Source: an uncultured SAR86 cluster bacterium (GTDB taxonomy: Bacteria > Pseudomonadota > Gammaproteobacteria > Magnimaribacterales > D2472). Taken from it: a DNA stretch of 64,000 nucleotides. The stretch lies in assembly GCA_964276235.1 (NCBI GenBank), contig CAXYEK010000001.1, positions 278,061 through 342,060 of the forward strand. The letters are read 5' to 3'. The notes below the pieces were generated by a model, which was not told the origin of the DNA, searched no databases, and saw nothing but the letters and a program-made list of their open reading frames with translations. The position numbers were made by a program, and so were the translations under genes. Position 1 is the first letter of the stretch; the number at the start of each line of letters is the position of its first letter. This document shows positions 57,041 through 64,000 of the stretch, one piece after another.

Positions 57041-57607
57041 TTAGGCGAAGGAATGTATATGACTTTCAGTAATAACTAAATCATATTTCAGATCATGGGC
57101 TTCACCAAAAGCCTCTTTACAAGCTTGATAATCGTAACCTAAGCCAACAATCAATGGTTTAACTTTCGAGTTCTTTAGAACCTCTAAGGACCTATCAAAG
57201 TATCCCCCACCATATCCAAGCCTAAAGCCATTAGAGTCCACCCCAACGAAAGGAATAAACATGCATTGAAAAGACAAAGGATCTAGATATTTGTTGTTAT
57301 CTAGTTCATTTATTCCATATTGATTTGTTATTAAAGGACCGTCATTTTTTAAATTAAACAACATATTCTTACCAGATATAATTCTAGGCACATAAATATT
57401 ATTTGAGTATTTTCTCAATTCATCCTCAATTAAATCAACAGTAATTTCTTTTCTATAAGGGAAATATAAAAGACTATTAGTCATAGATTTAATATCTATT
57501 TCTTTTAAAGCCTTGGATTGTATTATCAAATTTGCATCTGAAATAAAGCTATCAGATAAGGACTGCCCCTGCTCAAAGAGTGATTTTCGTATCTTATTTT
57601 TCACCAT
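57041..57607 (-). CDS. ygfA: 5-formyltetrahydrofolate cyclo-ligase
   Basis: GYGGGYFDR motif. Its position immediately downstream of 6S RNA matches E. coli. I prefer the start at Met8 (57607) because the longer ORF would overlap ssrS. Confidence 0.8.
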   Translation of the reverse strand: MVKNKIRKSLFEQGQSLSDSFISDANLIIQSKALKEIDIKSMTNSLLYFPYRKEITVDLIEDELRKYSNNIYVPRIISGKNMLFNLKNDGPLITNQYGINELDNNKYLDPLSFQCMFIPFVGVDSNGFRLGYGGGYFDRSLEVLKNSKVKPLIVGLGYDYQACKEAFGEAHDLKYDLVITESHIHSFA

Positions 57608-57619
57608 AAATTGTGCCGA

Positions 57620-57800
57620 GGCTAACAAACCAAATCACCGCCATGTGTCATACCTGAACCGAAGGGTCAGGTGGTGAATTTCTTTTCAAATCAGGCTTCC
57701 CTTTAAAGGTAGTGCTCAACAATGACAGAGGAATATCACCTATTTAATTGTATCGGTTCAAATTTATTAACACATTAGCGAATGAACCAGAATGTTACAA
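57620..57800 (-). ncRNA. ssrS: 6S RNA (ends approximate)
   Basis: The minus-strand RNA contains GAACCGAUA, GGGAAGCCU and AAAUUCACCACCUGACCCUUCGGUUCAGG...GGCGGUG. These parallel E. coli 6S GAGCCGAUA, GAGAAGCCU and ACAUUCACCUUGAACCAAGGGUUCAAGG...GGCGGC. The terminal arms UAACA/UGUUA pair. zapA-ssrS-ygfA synteny holds, and a -10-like TATACT lies at 57807-57802. Confidence 0.8.
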
Positions 57801-57832
57801 AAGTATAGGATATATAGGCTCTGAGGGGAAGA

Positions 57833-58099
57833 TTATTTTTCCAAGGCAGAGTCTATTTTTTTTATGAGACTAGAAAAATCATCATTAGATTCAATTGAAT
57901 TTTTTTCAGGGTTAGATAGTAGCTTATTAGATATGCTTAGACCTGCAATTATAAGGGCATTATTTTTATCGCTGATAGAATCCAACTCTGTATTTAAAAG
58001 TTTTGCTGCTTGAATTAGTTGATCTTTCTCTTCAGAAGGACATGATAAAGTTAGATCTCTCCCAAATATTCTTAATGACAGTGTTTCCATTTCACTCAT
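57833..58099 (-). CDS. zapA: Cell division protein ZapA
   Basis: 88 aa. LRIFGRDLTLSCPSEEKDQLIQAAKLLN is a ZapA-type N-terminus. Synteny with ssrS and ygfA. Confidence 0.75.
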   Translation of the reverse strand: MSEMETLSLRIFGRDLTLSCPSEEKDQLIQAAKLLNTELDSISDKNNALIIAGLSISNKLLSNPEKNSIESNDDFSSLIKKIDSALEK

Positions 58100-58289
58100 T
58101 GTTTTTCTCTTTGCTTAATTTAGTTTTTAATTGAGATATTTCTTTATTTTGAAGAATTTTATTTTTCTTCCAATCTCGCTCCCTTTCAACATAAGAATCA
58201 ATTATCCCTTTTTGTTCTTCAAAACGTTTAACCAAAAGATTAACTTTTTCTTCGAGACTGTTAAATGATGAGTTTTCTTTTTCTGACAT
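58092..58289 (-). CDS. Small coiled-coil protein (TIGR02449-like / ZapB-like)
   Basis: 65 aa, heptad-rich. It overlaps the zapA start, an arrangement I recall from Pseudomonas. Confidence 0.5.
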   Translation of the reverse strand: MSEKENSSFNSLEEKVNLLVKRFEEQKGIIDSYVERERDWKKNKILQNKEISQLKTKLSKEKNNE

Positions 58290-58353
58290 TCTATAAGTTT
58301 AATTGCACATCAATGAATTGGAAAGTTTGTTTAATAAAAGAGTAAAATAAACC

Positions 58354-59649
58354 ATGGAAAAATTAATATATAAAAATAGAAGAGAATCTTTAAAAAATCA
58401 TCTGCCAGAAAATTGTGCACTAATAATTCCAGGCGCAGATTTGCAATACAGGAATGCAGATTCATCTTACCTTCTGAGGCAAGAGAGTAGTTTTTTCTAT
58501 TTCTCTGGTTTTTGCGAACCTTCTTCTTTAATGGTTATGGTAAATAATGGCAAAAGCATAGATTCAATTATATTTGTACCTGAGAAAGATAAATTAAGAG
58601 AAATATGGGATGGATATAGGGCTGGACCAATAGGAGCAGTTGATGAATATTTATTCGATAGATCTTTTGAGAATAATAAGATAGATCAATTAGTACCAGA
58701 GCTTCTTCAAGGAGTTGAAAAGGTATTTTATCCCATTGGTAAAAAAGAAGGCTTTGATCAAAAAGTTATTGATTGGACAATGGCAGCTAATTCAAAAGAT
58801 AGATACATGCATTCAATAGATATTATTGATGGCTCATCCTTGGTAGGCAACATGAGATTAATAAAGGATGAAAATGAAATTGAAACAATGAAAAAAGCCT
58901 GCAATATTTCTGCTGAATCATATATTGAGGTAATGAAGTCAATCAAACCTGGTGATAATGAGCAATCAGTTGAAGCCAGGTTTTTATATGAATTTGGTAA
59001 AAGAGGAGGGCGTTTCCCTGCATATACTCCAATAGTTGCTGGTGGAGAAAATGCATGCGTTCTTCATTATGTTGAAAATAATCAAGACCTAAGCGGCTCA
59101 GATTTGATATTAGTTGATGCAGGTTGCGAATATAAGATGTATGCGTCAGACATAACTAGAACTTTTCCTGTCGGCGGAAAATTTTCGAAAGAACAACTGG
59201 AAATTTATAATGTAGTACTAGAAGCTAACCTTGCTGCCTCAGCTGCTGTTATTCAAGGTAATAGTATTATGGAACCTCAGCTTATTTCTGAAAAAATAAT
59301 TACAAAAGGACTTGTAGATCTAGGAATACTTTCAGGTGATCCAGAGACTCTTCATGCAGAAGGTGCATTTAAAGATTTTTATATGCATAAGATTGGTCAT
59401 TGGCTAGGCTTGGATGTTCATGATGTTGGAGACTACGTTGAGGACGGAGAGTATATGAAATTTAAACCAGGAATGATTACTACAATTGAGCCAGGAATAT
59501 ACATAAGCAGCACAATGGATGTTGATGATAAATGGAAAGGAATTGGTGTACGAATTGAAGATGACATACTTGTTACTGACACAGGAAATCTTAATCTAAC
59601 AGCAAAAGTTCCATCAAATCCTGAAGAAATTGAAGCATTAATGGCATAA
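58354..59649 (+). CDS. pepP: Xaa-Pro aminopeptidase
   Basis: M24B metal ligands in DAGCEY, DITRT, HKIGHWLGLDVHD, EPG and IRIEDD. Confidence 0.92.
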   Translation: MEKLIYKNRRESLKNHLPENCALIIPGADLQYRNADSSYLLRQESSFFYFSGFCEPSSLMVMVNNGKSIDSIIFVPEKDKLREIWDGYRAGPIGAVDEYLFDRSFENNKIDQLVPELLQGVEKVFYPIGKKEGFDQKVIDWTMAANSKDRYMHSIDIIDGSSLVGNMRLIKDENEIETMKKACNISAESYIEVMKSIKPGDNEQSVEARFLYEFGKRGGRFPAYTPIVAGGENACVLHYVENNQDLSGSDLILVDAGCEYKMYASDITRTFPVGGKFSKEQLEIYNVVLEANLAASAAVIQGNSIMEPQLISEKIITKGLVDLGILSGDPETLHAEGAFKDFYMHKIGHWLGLDVHDVGDYVEDGEYMKFKPGMITTIEPGIYISSTMDVDDKWKGIGVRIEDDILVTDTGNLNLTAKVPSNPEEIEALMA

Positions 59650-59653
59650 ATAG

Positions 59654-60814
59654 ATGGATGTCCCAGTTACTATCTCAGGTGGAGGGATAATAGGAAGCTA
59701 TATTTCTCTGAGACTTCAAAGAAGTAATATAAATTCAATCGTCATAGAAAAATCTGAAGATACAGTATCGTCTTCAGAAGGTATTAGAACTTTAACCCTT
59801 AATCCTCATTCAATGGCTATGCTGAATAATATTGGTGTTAGCTTGGAGTCTGCAGCTATAAAGGAAATCATAGTTTTAGACGGAGAAGGCACTGGGAAAA
59901 TACAATTTTCAGAAAAAGAAATAGACTCTGAAAACCTCTCTTATGTTGTCATGTTTAATGATCTTAGAAATGAACTCTTAGCACTATCTAAAGATAAAAC
60001 TATTTTTAATAATGAAATCCAGTCTATACAAAATCTTAATAGCGAAGATGATCCAGAAGTAATTCTTAAAGATGATACTGTTATTAAAACCAAGATAGTT
60101 GCTGGTTGTGATGGAAGAAATTCTAAAGTTGCTTCAATAGCTTCTTTAAAAAGTTCATATAATGAGTATATGCAAACAGCCTTAACTTTTACAGTTGAAG
60201 CAAAACAAAGTGAAACCAAAAATGCTTATCAAGTATTTTCTGAGAAAGGAATATTTGCATTGATGCCAATGCCTAAAAAAGATTTAGATCAAAATAGATG
60301 GACAATTGTATGGTCTGTAAGCGATAGCGAGTTAAAGAATCAAGAAGTATCTAGTTATGTAGAAGATAATCTTTGTTATTTTGAATCAAAACTTGGAATC
60401 AATATGACAGTAAGTTCAGAGATTCTTAGTTTTAGATTATCAAATCATCACTTCGATGAATACATCAAGGGACCTGTCGTTCTTCTAGGAGATGCTGCAC
60501 ACTCCATTCATCCTTTGGCTGGCCAGGGAATTAATCTTGGCTTTGCAGATGCTGATGTTTTTTGTGAAGAAATAATTCAAGCACATGAAAAAGGATTTGT
60601 AATAAACGAAAAATCTATTCTTAAAAGATATGAAATTCGAAGAAAGGGTATGAATTTGTTAATGCTAAAGTCTATGGATTTCTTTGTTAACTTTTTTAAC
60701 ACTGATAATTTATATTTAAGGCTAATAAGAAATTGGGGTCTTAATACAGTGAATAAGACAAAATTCATCAAAGCATTTTTTATAAAGCATGCCTCAGGCT
60801 TAAATAAAGTTTAA
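59654..60814 (+). CDS. ubiH: FAD-dependent ubiquinone-intermediate hydroxylase (UbiH/UbiF/VisC/Coq6 family)
   Basis: ISGGGIIGS dinucleotide motif, GCDGRNS and LLGDAAHSIHPLAGQGINLG motifs. pepP-ubiH synteny. Confidence 0.8.
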   Translation: MDVPVTISGGGIIGSYISLRLQRSNINSIVIEKSEDTVSSSEGIRTLTLNPHSMAMLNNIGVSLESAAIKEIIVLDGEGTGKIQFSEKEIDSENLSYVVMFNDLRNELLALSKDKTIFNNEIQSIQNLNSEDDPEVILKDDTVIKTKIVAGCDGRNSKVASIASLKSSYNEYMQTALTFTVEAKQSETKNAYQVFSEKGIFALMPMPKKDLDQNRWTIVWSVSDSELKNQEVSSYVEDNLCYFESKLGINMTVSSEILSFRLSNHHFDEYIKGPVVLLGDAAHSIHPLAGQGINLGFADADVFCEEIIQAHEKGFVINEKSILKRYEIRRKGMNLLMLKSMDFFVNFFNTDNLYLRLIRNWGLNTVNKTKFIKAFFIKHASGLNKV

Positions 60815-60829
60815 ATTGAAGTTCTAAAT

Positions 60830-60848
60830 GCAATTGATTATCATTACG
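60830..60848. promoter_or_regulatory. Fur box candidate
   Basis: GCAATTGATTATCATTACG contains a 12-nt exact match (TGATTATCATTA, 60835-60846) to the reverse complement of the 19-bp Fur consensus GATAATGATAATCATTATC. It ends 20 nt before the Fe3+-binding-protein start. Confidence 0.5.
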
Positions 60849-60867
60849 ATAATTAAAGGATAACAAC

Positions 60868-61866
60868 ATGAAAAATTTAATATTAGCATTAACAGTATTG
60901 ATGGTTGCCTCATGCAGCAGGGAAACTGCAGACGAATCTCTAACGATTTTTACGTCAAGACAACCTCAGCTGATTGAGCCTATTTTAGAAAAATATACAG
61001 AAAAGACTGGTATTAAAGTTAAATTGTTATCAGGAAATGCTCAACAGTTAATGGAACGAATTGATATCGAAGGTGAGCAATCAGAGGCAGATATATTTAT
61101 GACAGTTGATGCAGGTGTTTTATGGCAAGCATCTGAAAGAGGAATTCTCAGTAGCATTCAATCAGATATTTTAAATACTAATATTCCTTCTCACTTAAGA
61201 GATGTCGATGGCCACTGGTTTGGTTTATCAAAAAGAGCAAGAACGATTGTATTTTCTAATGATCAATTTTCAAAAGAAGATTTTTCATCTTATGAAAATT
61301 TATCTTATCCAAAATGGGCAGGTAAATTGTGCTTAAGAACTTCAAAAAAAGTTTATAACAGATCTTTACTAGCTAGTATGATAGATGCAAATGGATTTGA
61401 AAAAACTGAAAAAATTGTTCAGGGATGGGTCAATAATTTAGCAACAGAAGTATTTTCAAATGATACAAATGCACTTAAAGCAGTCTCAAGCGGTCAGTGT
61501 GGTTTTACGATTGTTAATACCTATTACTTGGCAAGACTTTTATCCGACAAAACATACGATAATTTAGAATTATTTTGGGCTAATCAAGATGGTAGAGGAG
61601 TGCATGTAAATATTTCTGGTGCCGGTGTTGTTAAGACTTCAAAAAATAAAGAACAATCAATTAAATTATTAGAATACTTATCTTCTGCTGAGGCACAAAA
61701 TGAATATGCATCTGCTAATAAAGAATATCCAGTTCTGATTGGAGCTCAGGTAGATGAATCCATAGCATCATGGGGCGAGTTTATTGAAGATACTATCGGA
61801 GTTGAAAAACTGGGCAAGCTTCAAAAAGATGCAGTTTTTTTAGCCCAAGAGACTGATTATAAATAA
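60868..61866 (+). CDS. Fe(3+) ABC-transporter periplasmic substrate-binding lipoprotein (FbpA/AfuA-like)
   Basis: Lipobox VASC. The ITIFTSRQPQL..TGIKVKLLSG..ADIFMTVDAGVLWQA pattern is typical of ferric-binding SBPs. Confidence 0.8.
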   Translation: MKNLILALTVLMVASCSRETADESLTIFTSRQPQLIEPILEKYTEKTGIKVKLLSGNAQQLMERIDIEGEQSEADIFMTVDAGVLWQASERGILSSIQSDILNTNIPSHLRDVDGHWFGLSKRARTIVFSNDQFSKEDFSSYENLSYPKWAGKLCLRTSKKVYNRSLLASMIDANGFEKTEKIVQGWVNNLATEVFSNDTNALKAVSSGQCGFTIVNTYYLARLLSDKTYDNLELFWANQDGRGVHVNISGAGVVKTSKNKEQSIKLLEYLSSAEAQNEYASANKEYPVLIGAQVDESIASWGEFIEDTIGVEKLGKLQKDAVFLAQETDYK

Positions 61867-61887
61867 TTTGAAATTAAGAAAAGTGTA

Positions 61888-62124
61888 TTAAACTTTTTGA
61901 CCGCTAGCTCTAATTTCCTTAAGAACTTCGCTGATACCTTTTTTATCTATTATTCTCATACCTTTAGCTGAGACCTTAAGATTAACGAATTTATTTTCTG
62001 ATTCTACCCAGAATTTATGCATATGAAGATTAGGATAGAACTTTCTTTTAGTCCTATTTTTAGCATGAGAAACATTGTTCCCAGACTGTGGTATCTTACC
62101 TGTTACTTGACATATTTTACTCAT
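61888..62124 (-). CDS. rpmB: 50S ribosomal protein L28
   Basis: [10 protein letters not shown]...[13 protein letters not shown], a canonical L28. Confidence 0.95.
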   Translation of the reverse strand: MSKICQVTGKIPQSGNNVSHAKNRTKRKFYPNLHMHKFWVESENKFVNLKVSAKGMRIIDKKGISEVLKEIRASGQKV

Positions 62125-62169
62125 TGAACCGCGATTTTATAGAACCCTGACAGACTTAGCAATACTATT

Positions 62170-62664
62170 ATGAAACAAATTTTCTTATTAAGGCATGCAA
62201 AATCTGATTGGAATAATCTAGGGGAACAAGATTTTGATAGATCTTTAGCAAAAAGAGGTATTCAAGATGCTTCCACAATTTCTAATCACGTTAAAAAAAA
62301 TAACCATTTAATAGAAAAAGTTTTATGCAGTAGCTCAAAGAGAACAAAACAAACTTTTGATTATTGTTCAGATGGATTCAATTTCCCTATTGAGAATGCT
62401 GAGTATCTAGATGATTTATATTTTGGCGATACCGATAAAATTATTAGACTAATTCAAAATATAAATGAATCAATAAGCTCAATATTGATTGTTGGACATA
62501 ATCCAACAATGCATAGTTTGGCTGAAAGTTTAACTGAAGAAACCCTCAAAAAATTTCCAACCTGCTCTTTAGCAGAAATTACTTCAGAAACTTCATGGAA
62601 AGACTTACCTTTAAAAAAATGTAAGTTAAAATCATTTATCAAACCAAAGGAGCTTAAATCTTGA
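62170..62664 (+). CDS. sixA: Phosphohistidine phosphatase SixA
   Basis: LLRHAKS (RHG-family catalytic His) and VGHNP; 164 aa. Confidence 0.75.
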   Translation: MKQIFLLRHAKSDWNNLGEQDFDRSLAKRGIQDASTISNHVKKNNHLIEKVLCSSSKRTKQTFDYCSDGFNFPIENAEYLDDLYFGDTDKIIRLIQNINESISSILIVGHNPTMHSLAESLTEETLKKFPTCSLAEITSETSWKDLPLKKCKLKSFIKPKELKS

Positions 62665-63116
62665 AAGATGTAAAAATTAAAATAATTAATCCTCTTATGG
62701 GTTCAACGATTCCTTTACCGGAGTATGAGACTCCAGGTTCAGCAGGTTTAGATCTTAGAGCATGTATTGATGAGGAGATTGTTCTTAAAGCTGGTATGTC
62801 TCAACTAATACCAATTGGATTTGCAATGTATTTAGAGGATTCAGGCTTGGCTGCCTTAGTAATTCCAAGATCAGGTCTTGGTTCAAAACATGGGATTGTT
62901 CTTGGTAATTTGGTTGGTCTTATAGATTCTGACTATCAGGGTGAATTAATGGTGCCAGCTTGGAATAGATCTGAAGAAGATTTTGTGATTAACCCCAGCG
63001 ATAGAATTGCTCAAATGATTATTGTTCCTGTGGTTCAGGCAAAATTTAATATTGTTGAAGAGTTTAATGAAACTCAGAGGGGAGAAAAGGGCTTTGGGAG
63101 TTCTGGTATAAATTGA
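62661..63116 (+). CDS. dut: dUTP diphosphatase
   Basis: [25 protein letters not shown] and [10 protein letters not shown] motifs; TTG start. Confidence 0.95.
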   Translation: MKDVKIKIINPLMGSTIPLPEYETPGSAGLDLRACIDEEIVLKAGMSQLIPIGFAMYLEDSGLAALVIPRSGLGSKHGIVLGNLVGLIDSDYQGELMVPAWNRSEEDFVINPSDRIAQMIIVPVVQAKFNIVEEFNETQRGEKGFGSSGIN

Positions 63117-63121
63117 TTAAC

Positions 63122-63370
63122 TTATTTCTTCTTACCAAATCTTTCTTCAAATTTCTGTACTCTACCACCTGTATCAATAATTTTCTGCTTACCAGTATAG
63201 AAAGGATGAGAAGCAGATGAGATATCAAGAGGATAGTATGGATATGTTTTTCCATCTTCCCATTCTTTGGTTTGAGTCGTGTCTAGCGTTGAACGGATGA
63301 GGAAGTACGTATCAGCACTTGCATCATGGAATAAAACTTCACGGTATTCAGGATGTATATCTTTTTTCAT
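63122..63370 (-). CDS. rpmE2: 50S ribosomal protein L31, type B (no CxxC zinc ribbon)
   Basis: [16 protein letters not shown]...HPFYTGKQK. The ORF-track N-terminal extension (to 63463) overlaps the priA start and is not L31-like. Confidence 0.9.
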   Translation of the reverse strand: MKKDIHPEYREVLFHDASADTYFLIRSTLDTTQTKEWEDGKTYPYYPLDISSASHPFYTGKQKIIDTGGRVQKFEERFGKKK

Positions 63371-63429
63371 AATAAAATCAAAATTTGGATGAGAACTATA
63401 ACAAAAAACACCCTCTTTACAATCAAAAA

Positions 63430-64000
63430 ATGAATATTTTTTACTATGATGTAGCCGTTTCATTGCCTTTAAGGCAATGTTTCACCTATAGCTTTAATAT
63501 AAAAATTAAAAAAGGTACAAGAGTATCTGTTCCTTTTGGAAAAAGGGTATTAGTAGGCGTTGTTACTAAAAATATCCAAAATCCTGAATTTCTAAAGAAG
63601 GCAGGAGTCGTAAAAGAAATCATTTCAGTCATGGATGAATATTCCTTATTTGATAAATCAATATTTAATTCAATTTTATGGGCCTCAGACTACTACCATC
63701 ATCCAATTGGAGAAGTTTTACATACTTTTATACCAACCGAATTACGAAAGATTAACAATAAAAAAATTGAGCCTATGGGTCAACCATCTGAATATCTAGT
63801 AAATGATATTGATAAGAAATTTGAGTTAACACTAGATCAAGATAAAGCAGTTAAAAAACTTTCAAAGATGGAAGGTTTTTCACCGTCCTTACTATATGGA
63901 GTAACAGGTTCAGGAAAAACTGAGGTCTACTTAAGGCTTGCTGAAGATTGCATCAAGAAAAATAAGACAGCATTAATTCTTGTTCCTGAAATTAATTTGA
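63430..64000 (+). CDS. priA: Primosomal protein N' (PriA helicase), N-terminal part; runs off the right edge of the window
   Basis: Not in the ORF track. Manual translation gives [22 protein letters not shown]...[17 protein letters not shown]...[19 protein letters not shown]...[10 protein letters not shown]. Confidence 0.9.
   Translation, partial: MNIFYYDVAVSLPLRQCFTYSFNIKIKKGTRVSVPFGKRVLVGVVTKNIQNPEFLKKAGVVKEIISVMDEYSLFDKSIFNSILWASDYYHHPIGEVLHTFIPTELRKINNKKIEPMGQPSEYLVNDIDKKFELTLDQDKAVKKLSKMEGFSPSLLYGVTGSGKTEVYLRLAEDCIKKNKTALILVPEINL

Noticed and set aside
57755-57763. GGTTCAAAT, a tRNA T-loop-like string suggesting a tRNA gene between zapA and ygfA
   Set aside because: No acceptor, D or anticodon arms can be built around it. 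The interval is explained by 6S RNA on the opposite strand.
63371-63429. Zur box upstream of rpmE2
   Set aside because: Only one half-site (TGTTATA) matches, and the second half of the palindrome is absent.
63371-63463. 31-residue N-terminal extension of the L31 ORF
   Set aside because: L31 starts at MKKDIHPEY (63370). The extension overlaps the priA start region on the other strand and has no L31 similarity.
1-64000. Searched by eye for CRISPR arrays, tandem repeats, IS/transposase genes, phage genes, toxin-antitoxin pairs, restriction-modification or other defence modules, tRNA and rRNA genes
   Set aside because: None found. Non-coding spacers are short: the longest are 307, about 200 (6S RNA), 175, 143 and 140 nt. 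None contains periodic repeats, and every large ORF has a housekeeping or plausible core-genome assignment.

Overview
This is an AT-rich, very gene-dense 64-kb chromosomal segment. Neighbouring genes often abut or share stop and start nucleotides. It reads as core housekeeping DNA of a streamlined aerobic gammaproteobacterium. That placement is an inference from Pseudomonas-like synteny and protein motifs; a marine SAR86-like lineage is plausible but unproven.

Content in order:
- trkH(partial)-trkA-fmt-def, diverging from purE-tsaC-hemF-aroE-yheV.
- A complete aa3-type cytochrome c oxidase structural and assembly cluster: coxB-coxA-ctaG-coxC, a small 2-TM protein, SURF1, a Cys-less SCO-like protein, ctaA-ctaB-SCO1.
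- A frameshifted quinone oxidoreductase, then gshA, pckA and dsbB, diverging from polA.
- A Coq4-family-like protein and engB, diverging from cytochrome c4, a frameshifted dsbA and a pseudoazurin.
- ubiK-like, yigB-like, xerC, yigA, dapF, lysA and lptM (listed in coordinate order; all on the minus strand).
- ahcY-metK diverging from tkt-pgk-fba (class I), a LOG protein and an unknown membrane protein.
- tatCBA-ubiB-ubiJ-ubiE-rsgA, diverging from orn.
- DUF1820, then miaB-phoH-ybeY-corC-lnt and an L,D-transpeptidase.
- A FadB-like enzyme, a periplasmic glutathione peroxidase, and rpiA diverging from ilvA.
- A large CBM9/DUF5916-like outer-membrane protein.
- ygfA, ssrS (6S RNA), zapA and a TIGR02449-like protein, diverging from pepP-ubiH.
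- A Fur-box-preceded orphan Fe3+ binding protein, rpmB, sixA-dut, rpmE2 and priA(partial).

I found no CRISPR array, transposon, prophage, integron or defence island, and no convincing novel multi-gene system.

The items most worth a second look:
1. An orphan promoter, C-rich stem-loop and UUCG terminator in the longest non-coding gap (51.7-51.8 kb), followed by a 28-codon hydrophobic micro-ORF upstream of gpx. This is a candidate sRNA or attenuator.
2. A Coq4-family-like HDxxH-x11-E protein between polA and engB.
3. A structured, terminator-like leader in front of metK.
4. A Cys-less SCO/thioredoxin-like paralogue inside the cox assembly cluster.
5. Three single-nucleotide frame disruptions (SURF1, qor, dsbA). 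These are either assembly errors or real gene decay.
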